Assembly: GCA_025201805.1 (NCBI GenBank)
Contig: MU619365.1
Coordinates: 1 to 64,000, forward strand
DNA length: 64,000 nt
From: Parasitella parasitica NRRL 2501
Lineage: Eukaryota; Fungi; Mucoromycota
Direction: 5' to 3'
Shown here piece by piece: positions 12,820 through 24,374 of the stretch. The stretch's first letter is position 1; every line of letters begins with the position of its first letter. The notes beneath the pieces were generated by a model. It was not told where the DNA came from, did not search any database, and was given only the letters and a program-made list of their open reading frames with translations. A program made the translations under genes and the position numbers.

Positions 12820-14283
12820 ATGCACTCAAGCAGTCGCCACCAGAAAGAGCATGCCTATTCTGACTTCTCTTCTTTATCTCCCTCGCAGCCGCATTATATT
12901 CCAAACTCACAGCAATCTCCCTCGTCATCTACATCCTCTGGTGTAAGGCCGCCTACTATCTCAAGTAAGTTCAACAAGCGGGTAAAAATTTAAATGTGCT
13001 TATTCCTAGATAAATAGACAGCTGGCAACAAAGCGATGATAGTAGTTGGAATCGATCTTTGTCCTTGATAAACAATACTCGTTTATCAAGCATGACTACA
13101 TCAACCATTTCATCCCCTTCTTTACCACCTTTGCCACCAGTTTCGTCTTCTACCCCATCCTTATTACAGTCTAGATTCTACCCAACGTCATCGTCTACAA
13201 GCGCTATGCCTCCACCTTCTGTTCCTACATCGGTGCCTCATTTATTTCAACCTTACCCTACGTTATCCCGATCAAGCAGTTATCTGCATAACTCAGGCTA
13301 CAGTAGAGCCTCTGGCAGCAATAAGCCGCCGAGTCGACCAAGATTAACTACGACTCTGTGGGAAGATGAAAGTACAATATGCTATCAAGTAGATTGCCGT
13401 GGTATTTGCGTAGCTCGACGCCAAGGTCATTACCAGAATTATCGAAGAATCTTGACAATTTAAACTGATTTTTATTTTGCATCACATTGTAGACAATAAC
13501 ATGATCAATGGGACAAAACTATTGAATGTTGCAGGCATGTCACGAGGTAAACGAGATGGTATCTTGAAGAATGAACGCGGTAGAGCTGTCGTTAAAGTAG
13601 GAGCAATGCATTTAAAAGGTGTATGGTAAAGTAGAGAGTAAAAGCTGATCAAATGAGCACATTATAAACTGACAATAATTTAAAGGATTCCGTTTGTACG
13701 AGCAAAGGCTCTAGCTACTCAGTTCAAGATTCTAGACGTTTTGTATCCTATATTCTCGGATGATCCAGCTTCCCACTTGTATCCCTCTCATTTGCATCAA
13801 ATGAATAGATTTAATAACTCAATTTCGTCATCAAATCATCATTTAAATAATGAAAAATCTTCAATCCATAGCACCCATTACAAAGCATATGCGCCTTATC
13901 CGACGTCTAGCTCTGTTCCAGACCTCCTTGCTACCGCTCGGGAATCAAACTCGGTTATAGACGATATTGTGCCACAGGTGAATGATACGTACAGCATATA
14001 TCATCATCAACAACAGCAGCAGCAGCAGGAAGAGCCACGAGGTACTAATAATAGCGATTTGAGTTGCAACCAACAGCAGCAGCAACAGTATCAAGGCTAT
14101 CAGCATCAACAGCGATCAGATCACTCGACTACTAACGTCAAAAGTCCATCGTTTCTCACCGATTATTCTACCGTCAGCATTAACAGCAATCAAGATTCGG
14201 TACAAAAAAGGCTAAATTATAGACACAATCAAGACCAACAAGGTACTGTACATTCATCGACAAAAAGAACAACTTCTATTTAG
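12820..14283 (+). CDS. APSES-domain transcription factor (StuA/Efg1/Sok2 family); C-terminus may extend to 14571
   Basis: Spliced [30 protein letters not shown]|[45 protein letters not shown]|IPF is the canonical APSES domain. Confidence 0.92.
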
Positions 14284-15113
14284 TTACTAAATTCATATGA
14301 TATAGCCAACCTGACTAGACCTGCATCATCTAATATAGCTTATGGTGCTTCTTCGCAACACAATCCATATTATCAACATGATACCTATAGCAGCACTAAT
14401 AAGAACATGACATCCCCAATACCTTCATCAACCAGTAACAGTGTCAGTATATATAAACGAGATACTAATACCACGACCACCATTTCCTCACCTTCAACAT
14501 CGCCATCTATGCAGTTTGCAAATGCTACGACAATAATAGACACAAAGACTATGTCAAAGTCATACTGGTGACAACATGAACTAGATTTTTATTCTTCTTA
14601 TACACATAAATAACAATAAAGTATAAAACAAAATAATAGCACATTAAGGGACCGTTAGTGTCAAATATCATAAGTAAAGAATCTTTGCTCTTTGTATTTG
14701 AGGAATCTGGATAATATCACATCATGCAAATTGGATTTTGACCTACAGGAATCATTATTGGAAAGATATCATATGGTTGAGTGTTTGAATACAATTAGCT
14801 TACCTGGATAATCATTGAAGCGAATGAATTCATAGTTAATATATCAAAATCAAGTAAAAGCGCTACGAAATCTGAAACTATGTATTCCTGCAACGGAACA
14901 TTGGAGAGGTAAGGGGAGAGAGACAAGTGCCCAACGTCCTTAGCTCGGGATCGATATCTTGTTTGCATTAAACTGTTGTGAACTACGTATTTTTTCAAAA
15001 TGTACCATTATCTTCAGCGCCTGAACTGCTCATCAATTCATAATATGTTGATATTTTCATTTTTATAAAATGCATGAAGATTTAATACTTGTATAGTTAA
15101 ATTTTAAAGTATA

Positions 15114-16656
15114 TCATATAATATACTGTAAAACTATGTTTTTAAAAAATAGACAGGCCAATCATATCGTTTAAAAAATATAAAAACAATTGAATGCCGG
15201 ACCACCGGCGCAGCCGGCAATGGGGAGGGGGTTTGGGGGAGGGGTTAAACCCCTCCCCCAAGGACCTACATCATGAAGTTTTTACGGACCACCGGCGTAG
15301 CCGGCAATGGGGAGGGGGTTTGGGGGAGGGGTTTAACCCCTCCCCCAAGGATTTAAGTCATGAAGTTTTTGACATTTACTTTCTTCTATCAATATGCCTC
15401 CTGTTCAGACTAAACATTGCACTTTCTTCCGAAAATGTGATTCATGTCGTGTAAATAAAAATTGTTTGCCGAGTAAAACTGTAAATTGAGCAAACTTTTT
15501 TTTTTCAGGAACGTGCCCGAAACTACGCCAGACATAGAGCTGCGTCAAGGCCGACAGCACCGGCAGCACCCAGAGCACCCGCAGCTTTTGTTTCTGAATT
15601 GGCAAGAATGCAAATCTCTGATCTGGGCACGATGAATGTTGAATGTAATGGTTGTGGTGCCTTGCATTGGGAAGCAGAAAGAGCTACCAATCAAACGAGA
15701 AACAACAATCGCTTCTATGCTTGCTGTAAAAAGGAAAGGCTTTATTGCCCTTATTACAAGAACCGCTTGAGCCTTTAAATGGATTGATCAACGGAAGTCA
15801 TCCACGCTCAGCGCATTTTTTGCAGCATATGAGACGGTACAACAGTTTGTTTGCGTTTACCTCATTTGGTACTGACGCCACCCCTGAGCAACTTCAACGA
15901 GAGAGACAAGAAGAAATCAGAGGTGGAATCATTCCAGTTCGTGTTTATGGAGAACTGTATCATTTGCAAGCTCCTTTGAATTTGAACAACAGCCCAAAAT
16001 ACAACCAGCTGTATATTTATGATCCGGATTATTCTGCTGCAATTCGATCTGCAGATCAACGGAATGAAGGGTTGTTAGACGAGGCAATCATTGAGCAGTT
16101 GAGCGAGATGATTGCTAATCCAGAAATTTGTGGCAACCTTTTTGTCCAAATATACAAGCACGCTCACGAAATTTTGAGAGAGGAAGAGGAGCGACAAGCC
16201 CTAAATGGTATCAACGAGATGCTCACATCAGGCTCAACCCTCAGATGCGAATGGAGCTAATTGTTGGTGAAGACAGACGCACCCAAAATCTGCCAACTGT
16301 CAACGAGATTGCGGCTATTATACCCAACGAATATGCTGACAGGAGTTTCAGAGATATTTTGATTACATATCGAAATAGCTCCTCCACCAGTGCTCAGGGT
16401 CTTTTCAAAAGAATTAATAAAACGCATGCTGCCCACATGCCCCTTCATTATGTCTTGCTTTTCCCTAGAGGCGAATATCCAGTAGAGGGACGTGGGGTGG
16501 GGGTTCATTGGGGATACCTCCCTCTGACTATTATGTAAACTTCTCCATAATTATCAATGCCTGACTGCTTGATTTAACTAAATTTTTATTGTTGTGTAAA
16601 TTATATCTTCCCGCAGGGCGACGCCGTCATCGAGCGTAGCGAGATCAAACGGCTAG
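15114..16656 (+). mobile_element. Non-autonomous, internally deleted Helitron
   Basis: A|TC 5' end at 15114 (less certain). 3' subterminal hairpin (ccgt...acgg) and CTAG|T at 16653-16657. Frameshifted RepHel N-terminus: CNGCGALHW..ER, CCKK, YNSLFAFTS, QLYIYD, NLPTVNEIAAII, PLHYVLLFPRGE. Confidence 0.85.
15198..15370. repeat. 87-bp tandem repeat (2 copies) containing GC palindromes and G-tracts
   Basis: Units start at 15198 and 15285; each contains ccggcgYagccgg and gggggaggggttWaacccctccccc. Confidence 0.92.
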
Positions 16657-17233
16657 TAGTATTTTACTGCGATTATCTAAGGAGAAAATGGCTGACCTAC
16701 GTTCCATTCCTAGAATTATATGCATACTTTTGCCGAGTTTGTCATCCAGCTATTCTTATGTTTTGATTCACATTAATTCAAGTACTACTAGGAATTAGCA
16801 GTTAAGATATTTGAGACATACTTTTCCTTGCCATTTTCCAACTGTTAATTAATATACATTCTGTTTGTTTAACGGGAAATGGCCCGAATTCTTCATATGC
16901 AAATTGCTTCAGAAGTCTAATTTTGCATAATCATTGCCTAAACTAGCTTTTTTTTTTTATTCTTTTTTTTTTCTCTGTAAAATACATTAGAACGTAACCA
17001 TTGGTTTTCGAAAACCATTTGATGTAGGTCTGAGCTCACAGATTCGACCAAAAGGGCCGTAATTTCTACCATTCGAGGTACTTTTTGCCCAGCTCGATAA
17101 ATTTTTTGTTTCCATTTAAATAAAATATACTACTTCATACTTCTTTTTACGTCAAAGACGCCCGGTTTTATTGTGATAAGATTATAGAAAGCTAAAAATG
17201 ATGAGAGAAAAGAAACGATGGTGAGTTGTGCAT

Positions 17234-17983
17234 TTAAGCCTTGACAGCATACTTGCGAAGGGGGAAATGAGCCAGCTTTTTTTGCTCACGAACAGTCTTC
17301 TTGGACTTTTCGAAAGGAGTCAAAGCTCTGCGCATAGCACGAGTCTTCTTGACACGGAGATCAAGAGGAGTGAATCGCTTCTTTTGGTAAAAGAGACGAA
17401 GTTGCTCACGTTGTGTTTGATTGATGACAGTTAACACACGAGCTACATTCTTGCGGGCTTCACCACTATAAATGTATATTGTTAAACGTCTATCTTTCTT
17501 TGCCGGTAATTGAATATCTGTGCTTACACTTCTTGGGATCTACCACCAGCGACCTTTTGGACGCGGATGTTGGCAAGTTGTTGCTTTTGCTCGTCAAGAA
17601 TCTTTACAAGCTCAGCTTTGTTCTTGTTACGAAGTTCGAAAGCCTTGACGATAGCCTAATGACAATATTGTAAGCAAAAACGAATTCATGTGTATCAATC
17701 GACCAATGCTGTATATGAATACGAGTATTAAACAAAAAAAGTAAGGTTGAGATATCTTTTCATATCAATTAAAGTGCTGGTTGCGAGGTATATCAAAAAA
17801 AAACAGTGGCAATTTGAGCTGAATACGATTAAATTACATATTTGCGATGTTTACATCAATTTGTTGTAGATTTTCGGTCTCATGTTGCAAAATGTCAGAC
17901 TCTGATAAACTCTTTCATACTAGGTACTCATATAACAGATGGATGGTCGATGGATGGATGCATGGATAGGTGTAGCTTACCAT
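17234..17983 (-). CDS. RPL35: 60S ribosomal protein L35 (uL29), 3 coding exons
   Basis: ATG|gtaagc at 17983-17981, 325-nt intron, then [13 protein letters not shown]...VQKVAGG and ARVLTVINQ...[17 protein letters not shown]...[10 protein letters not shown]. Confidence 0.95.
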
Positions 17984-18119
17984 TGGTAACACCGGTGAAA
18001 TAGAGGGAAAGATGCTATCTTGCAAGAGTGATGCATTTGTATCGAACTCGAGCTTTCCGGTGGGTTAGATTTATTCATGCCCCGCTTAAGATGGTGCTTT
18101 TCAATATGATCTAATACCA

Positions 18120-19475
18120 CCAAGGTGTGGTATAGCCTTCGTATGCTCAGGCCCACCAAAAGATTTTTAGAGAAAGTCAAGTCCTGCGTCTATCAGTTTG
18201 TTTGGCAGAAGAAGCATCCACTCATACGAAAAGACCTCATCTTCCTTCCCAAGTCAAGAGGTGGTCTTGCCGTTCTCAATCCTTCTCTCCAACAATTGAT
18301 TCTCCAAAAACGCTGGCTCAACTACATCCTCGAACCTTCTAAATATCCGTCCTTCCTGCTGCCCTTTCTGCTCTACCATCTTTCACTGCTCCCAGCTTCA
18401 TCTGACTTCCCCTACTTGGCGTTCCTGGATGCTGAATACCGCAGATCTCCAATGCTCCACAAGGATCTCTCTATTTGGCATTCTATCTTCGCCCTGTATG
18501 ATTATTTTGAATTCCCTGGTCTTCAACAGGTGAATGTCATCCCTCTCACGACTGTTCTACAACTGCCCCTCCACAAGCTCCTCACTGGGCTCAACGAATA
18601 TCACTGGCTTGGGCGTCATACCCGGTTCACAGCCTCGAAGTTCATGATCTTTGATACTCACCAACAACGGTTGCGTCTTCGTGTTACGTCTGAATATCCT
18701 ATTTACTCGCGTCTTTGTGTCTCACTATGCCAAGAAATCCTAGTGCTCAAAACGGTCCACCTGGTTTCTGGTGTGTGGCCACACATTCTGCAGCCCCCTA
18801 CCACCGCTACCATGGACTGGGCTAGATTTGATTTCTTTGGCAAAATGGGCCTTACCGATAAATGGACTCAGTACCATCCTCGCACCTTCCGCCAACAACA
18901 ACAACCATTGGTCCCAACCGAACATCGCTTCAGCAATGCAATGGTCAAAACTCTCTGGTCTTCTCCTGCGCATCCAGCTGCAAGAACGGTTCTCTATCGG
19001 GCTCTGTTGAAAATGATATCTGTTCCTTCTGTTCCCAAGGCATTGACACGTTAAGGCATTTCCTGGTTGACTGTCCTGTCAAGTGGCATTTCTGGCAATC
19101 TGTACTACCGTATCCCAATACTATGCCAACTATCCCTTGACGCCCGAGATTATTTACGGCAACGTGCGCAACCTAAATCTTCCTCGTTTTATAAAAAATC
19201 GGCCCCGATACATTGCCGTCATCTCTACTACCCTATGGCAAATGTGGAATTTGTACTGGCTCCATGGTAGCCAAAATCCGGTGCCACTCCCTTCCGCTTC
19301 TATAGCGCACTTTCTTCCTCGGACATTTGTCACATTGATAAACTGCTCCCTTCCAATTCTTAAATTAATTTTAGATAGTCTTTCCGTTTCTCGAGGTCCA
19401 CCGCTCCGCGATGTGTCCCTCCAAAAATAATATTTGAATAAAATAAAATATTACATACAAAAAAAAAAAAAAAAA
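18120..19475 (+). mobile_element. 5'-truncated, frameshifted L1-clade LINE with poly(A) tail
   Basis: LPKSRGGLAVLNP and, in another frame, CSFC...RHFLVDC zinc knuckle. A-tail at 19459-19475. 12-bp TSD gatctaatacca at 18108-18119 and 19476-19487. Confidence 0.92.
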
Positions 19476-20077
19476 GATCTAATACCAACATACTGCAGTA
19501 TTTAAACTTGCAGTTGAGGCTTCTATTTTTTGAAGAGTTAGTTTGACATTTAGGCATTCACGGGCTATTTTTAAACTGATCAAAAATGGTTGTTGGCGGC
19601 GAATATTTGTAGCTAGTTATCTTCAGCTTAAAAATGAAAATTGAGGTTTAGATTAGGAGAAACAAGATTAAGTCTGCACATTCCAGGCTCAACAACAGTT
19701 AAAAAAAGTGTCGCTATATAACCTTCTTCGTGAAAAGCAGGGCTTCTACCTGTGCCAGCACTTTACAACTATCTCTGATTAATAGATTTAGGGGCTCATT
19801 ATCGTATGAAGGTAGATCTGATAATCTTATGTATAACGCATTAATTCGGCGATAGTCCTGACCTTTTGCAAATATTTTTTATGAGCATTTGAATAACCTT
19901 CGGCTTGGATTGGAGCTGATTTATGCCTCAATGAGGGGGTTTCAGCATGCAACCTTTACAAGGATCACTGTATCGAATATGGTTTCGGATGCAAGGACGA
20001 TTTAGAGATTTGCAGGCAAATTAATTCTTGTCTTGATCTTTTAATTTTGCTTATTTTTAAATGTTTATTTCGTACGG

Positions 20078-20704
20078 TTATACAGAATATTTAGTGTTCA
20101 ATGTTGATTTTTGTAAAGGCACAAGAACTAATTTGGGATAGTAATAGCAGCTGCAGTCTTTGTTTTTATGTTCACATAAGTTGTTCTTGTATTCATCACG
20201 AGAAAAAACGTTGATATAGTCGACTATAGCATAAGTCTCCAAATCATCGCCAGTTCTTTTCGTTAATGTATATGTACTTCTGCTTTGCTGATCTTGTTCT
20301 TCCTTAAACATTTTTTTCAAGTCAATGAATTCGAGACCAATCTTTTTTGGTGTCTGGTGTGAGAGTTCATCCAGTTTGTTTTCTAGCGCAAACGCCAGTT
20401 CTTCACACTGATAAAATTCGGCCTCGGTGAGCAAGAGCTTTACGGCTCTTTTATCATTAGCCAGTATGAGACCAGTTCTAAGATATAACAACACTTGTCG
20501 AAAGATATCTCCATCACGGTCAATGATTATTTCCTTCTGGCTTGATAGCACCTTTTGATTGCACCTAATCAGTTCACGGAAATACATGGACTTATCTAGG
20601 CGTTTGTAAAGAGTCGTAAATTTTTTACCCCCAACATTTATTTGAATAAAACTATAAGGATCAGGGTAGATGTATTTTTCATCCGCATAATTTCCGCCCA
20701 TCAT
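20078..20704 (-). CDS. BTB/POZ (KCTD/T1-type) domain protein
   Basis: IQINVGGKKFTT...L...IIIDRDGDIFRQVLLYLRTG...EAEFY; ATG at 20704 or 20701; intronless. Confidence 0.82.
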   Translation of the reverse strand: MMGGNYADEKYIYPDPYSFIQINVGGKKFTTLYKRLDKSMYFRELIRCNQKVLSSQKEIIIDRDGDIFRQVLLYLRTGLILANDKRAVKLLLTEAEFYQCEELAFALENKLDELSHQTPKKIGLEFIDLKKMFKEEQDQQSRSTYTLTKRTGDDLETYAIVDYINVFSRDEYKNNLCEHKNKDCSCYYYPKLVLVPLQKSTLNTKYSV

Positions 20705-21249
20705 ACTAAAGAGTAATTTAAAGGAAAGAAAGACTTGAATTAGTGCAAGGTCCATGGATGTTAGTTTTAAAAGTATATTTATCAATATTGGATGAATGGT
20801 GATTCGAAACAAGGGCTTACGCTGCATATGTGGATGATGAAAAAGCACTGATTTGGATGGTGCAAATAGCAATACCTTAAAACACTGGTAGTCGTTTATT
20901 CTTATAAGTAATTTGTTTGAAAGTTTTCCAAATTTAATCTTTGAGTACAAGTCGAAAACTAATGAAAAGTATTATAAATACATAACCTAGCCGTCTGTAT
21001 ATGCCTTCCTAGCCATCTTGCATTATCCAAGTACCTTCTTGAGTAGTAATTGAGTCGAAACTCTTTCCAAGACATGTCCTAGAAGCTGAAGTTTTAAATC
21101 ACTGAATTTAACACATGTCTATTTTTCTTGATGACCATAAGTATTTTAATATTCATATCATCACAGTGTAAATTCAAATGTCAATAGTAATCTTGAATGG
21201 CGCAAAAGGCAACTCCCAATATTTTATTAAGACATCATATAGAAATCAT

Positions 21250-21741
21250 TTAATTTTTCAGCACAACTTTGCATTCAGAGTGATTATCCATCCAGTAATT
21301 ATACTGAAAGGCTTGAACGAGTGTTTGACTCTCCAAAGAGTCAAATTTAGTAGTATTGAAGTCAACTTGAAGATACTTGGGATCCTTTGAGAGATATATT
21401 TCTTTAAAAAGTTTATCAGAGTTGATACTATCTGTCAGCATGTTGGTGATTTTTTTGACCAGATCGTCAAAACCATAAAATTTTGCTTCATTTTGCAATA
21501 TCTTCAAGTATGCTTTATCGTTTGAACGCACTTCCCAGGTTCTAAGATAGTGCATGATATCACAAAAGACTTCGGGATCACGATCAATAAAGTAGCAAGT
21601 GGTTTCTTTATGACCTGTGCGAATGCAATCTGGCTGGGGGATGTTATCTCTCAAGTTTCGAAAGTAGAGAGATATCTTTAATGTATCGTAATAGGTGGTA
21701 TAAAGCTGTCCACCAACATTTAGATTGAGTAGGTTGTTCAT
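21250..21741 (-). CDS. BTB/POZ (KCTD/T1-type) domain protein, tandem paralogue (C-terminus possibly truncated)
   Basis: LNLNVGGQLYTTY..TL...YFIDRDPEVF..IMHYLR...EAKFYG; intronless. Confidence 0.78.
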   Translation of the reverse strand: MNNLLNLNVGGQLYTTYYDTLKISLYFRNLRDNIPQPDCIRTGHKETTCYFIDRDPEVFCDIMHYLRTWEVRSNDKAYLKILQNEAKFYGFDDLVKKITNMLTDSINSDKLFKEIYLSKDPKYLQVDFNTTKFDSLESQTLVQAFQYNYWMDNHSECKVVLKN

Positions 21742-22061
21742 GATGTTTTTTTGTATCAGAGAATTGGGTGAAGAGATGAAAAGATGAAAAGATGCTTTTG
21801 GAACTGGCGTCAGGCATTTATTCACATGCAGCGTTATATATCACAGCTCAAGGAAAGTACATACTAATTATACTTTGGCAAATGACAAATATTTGATAAC
21901 AAAATTAAAGAATACTTAATTTTATTTAAAATAGACTATGATACAGTGTTGAACTTTGTACAAAATTATAGAAAAGCAAAATATAAATAGGATATCTAAC
22001 TAGTTGTTGTGGTAGCAGTGTTGAACTTTTTTTTTTTGTTTACAAGGTCAAGTCAAACGAT

Positions 22062-24374
22062 TTAAGCATATTTGGCTCTGAATTGACGTGCAACTTCAAC
22101 CAAGTTGGCAAGAGCAGCTTCAGTTTCGGGCCAGGCACGAGTCTTGAGACCACAATCAGGGTTAATCCAAGCATGTTCTTTGGGGATGTACTTGATGACA
22201 TTATCAAAGATGACAGACATTTCTTCAACAGAGGGAACACGGGGAGAATGGATATCAAAAAGACCAGGGCCAACCTCTTGAGGATAGTTCTTGACGGCAA
22301 AGATGTTCAGCAGCTTCTCGTCAGACTTGGAGTTTTCAATTGAGAGGACATCGGCATCAAGATTAACAATAGCATCGAAAATATCATTGAAATCAGAGTA
22401 GCACATATGAGTGTGGATTTGAGTCTCATTGCGGACACCAGCAGTGGAGAGGCGGAAACAGCCAACAGACCAGTCGAGATAAGCGTCCCAGTCAGCACGG
22501 CGAATGGGGAGACCTTCACGAATAGCAGGCTCGTCAACTTGGATACAAGGAATACCGGCAGCCTCAAGATCAACAACCTCATCACGAAGAGCAAGACCAA
22601 TCTGAGTACAGACATCCTTAAGAGGGAGATCATCACGAACAAAAGACCACTTCATCATAGTTACAGGACCAGTCAACATACCCTTCATAGGCTTCTTGGT
22701 GAGAGATTGAGCATAGACAGTTTCATCAACGGTCATCTGGCCACGGCGGGAGACATCACCAAAGATGACAGGAGGCTTAACACAACGGGAACCATAAGAG
22801 ACAACCCAACCGTTTTCAGTAAAGTCATAACCGTGGAGAAGATGACCGAAATGCTCAACCATATCGTTACGTTCAGGCTCACCGTGAACAAGAACATCCA
22901 AGCCAACCTCTTCTTGGAACTCCACCATTTTCTTCATCTCCTGCTTGATAAACGCATCATAGTCTTGGGAAGAAAGCTCACCCTTGTTGAACTTTTGACG
23001 AGCAACACGAATTTCTTTGGTTTGAGGGAAAGAGCCAATGGTGGTAGTAGGGAAAAGAGGCAAGTTGAGCTTCTTGACTTGAGCTTCACGACGAACACTG
23101 AATTCAGCAGGACGCTTCCAGTCAGCAGCAGGGACGTTGCTGGTACGATCACGAACAGCAGGGTTAGTGGTTTGAGCAGAAGTACGGCGAGACTCAATGG
23201 CAGCAGCGTTGGCAGCAAGAGCTTCCTTGACAGATTCAGGACCGTTGCTAAGAGCAGAGGCAATGATAGAGACTTCTTTGGTCTTTTCTACAGCAAAAGC
23301 CAACCAGCTAAGGAGTTCAGGGTTCTTTTCAGCAATCTTTTTCTCGAAAGAGGTAGAGAAAGGAGAGTGAGCAAGAGAACAGGAAGGAGCCACGAAAACG
23401 CGCTCTTTGCCCAGAGCAGCAATAGCCTTTTGACCTAATTCAATAGACTTGGCAAGGTTGTTGATCCAAATGTTACGACCATCGACAAGACCGAGCGACA
23501 AAACTTGAGACTTGGTCAATTGAGGCAGGATGGCATCGAGTTCCTCAGGAGCACGAACAAGATCAAGGTGAACACCATTGACGTGAGGGATGAGGCTAGA
23601 GACGTTAGCTTCAACACGACCAAAGTAAGCAGCAACCAAAGTCTTGATAGAAGTGGCAGCGTTGATTGCCTTGTAAGCTTCTTCAAAAGCAGCCTTGACA
23701 TTAGCAGGCAAGTCAAGGACGAGAGCAGGCTCATCAATTTGGACCCATTCAGCACCAGCAGCTTCAAGTTGTTTCAAAAGGTCAATGTAGAGAGGAAGAA
23801 CCTTGGGGAGAAGAGAGAGAGTATCAAAGTTATCAAAACCCTTGGCAGTCTTGCCGAGATGAAGGAAAGTGACAGGACCAACAATGACAGGACGAGTTTC
23901 AATACCAAGGGCCTTTGCAGTGTTGTATTGCTCGACAGCACGAGGATTTTGAAGAGTAAACTGTTGGTTAGGCTCAAACTCAGGAACGATAAAATGGTAG
24001 TTGGTGTCAAACCACTTCTTCATCTCTTGAGCCGGGACATCGACCTTTTCGGTGGTAGCAGTGGCGGCCTTTTGGAGACCACGACCCATAGCAAAGAATT
24101 GCTGAAGAGGGTCTTGAATGTGTTGGTAACGAGTTGGGATAACGCCGAATTGCTGAGCAGTATCCAGAACACGGTCATATAAAGTGTAATCACCAGAGGG
24201 AATATGCTGAATGCCTTGCTCCTTTTGCAATTTCCAGTGGGTTTCTTGGATCTTTTGATAGGCAATCTTGAGTTCATCAGAAGAGATTTTGCCAGACCAG
24301 TAAGCTTCGACAGACTTCTTAAGCTCACGCTTAGCGCCGACGTAAGGGAAACCAAGATTAGTAGCAACAACCAT
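22062..24374 (-). CDS. MET6: Cobalamin-independent methionine synthase (MetE/Met6), intronless, 770 aa
   Basis: KWFDTNYH, HGEPERNDMV, SYGSRCVKPP, HTHMCYS and WINPDCGLKTR zinc-binding motifs; strong codon bias. Confidence 0.98.
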   Translation of the reverse strand: MVVATNLGFPYVGAKRELKKSVEAYWSGKISSDELKIAYQKIQETHWKLQKEQGIQHIPSGDYTLYDRVLDTAQQFGVIPTRYQHIQDPLQQFFAMGRGLQKAATATTEKVDVPAQEMKKWFDTNYHFIVPEFEPNQQFTLQNPRAVEQYNTAKALGIETRPVIVGPVTFLHLGKTAKGFDNFDTLSLLPKVLPLYIDLLKQLEAAGAEWVQIDEPALVLDLPANVKAAFEEAYKAINAATSIKTLVAAYFGRVEANVSSLIPHVNGVHLDLVRAPEELDAILPQLTKSQVLSLGLVDGRNIWINNLAKSIELGQKAIAALGKERVFVAPSCSLAHSPFSTSFEKKIAEKNPELLSWLAFAVEKTKEVSIIASALSNGPESVKEALAANAAAIESRRTSAQTTNPAVRDRTSNVPAADWKRPAEFSVRREAQVKKLNLPLFPTTTIGSFPQTKEIRVARQKFNKGELSSQDYDAFIKQEMKKMVEFQEEVGLDVLVHGEPERNDMVEHFGHLLHGYDFTENGWVVSYGSRCVKPPVIFGDVSRRGQMTVDETVYAQSLTKKPMKGMLTGPVTMMKWSFVRDDLPLKDVCTQIGLALRDEVVDLEAAGIPCIQVDEPAIREGLPIRRADWDAYLDWSVGCFRLSTAGVRNETQIHTHMCYSDFNDIFDAIVNLDADVLSIENSKSDEKLLNIFAVKNYPQEVGPGLFDIHSPRVPSVEEMSVIFDNVIKYIPKEHAWINPDCGLKTRAWPETEAALANLVEVARQFRAKYA

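Noticed and set aside
17656-17980. Possible intronic snoRNA in the 325-nt first intron of RPL35
   Set aside because: No C box (RUGAUGA)/D box pair or convincing H/ACA structure on the sense strand; long first introns are common in ribosomal protein genes.
2141-19487. Shared target-site preference of the two LINEs, or a centromere-associated LINE array
   Set aside because: The TSDs share only a few bases (atcta); the elements are isolated truncated copies in gene-rich DNA.
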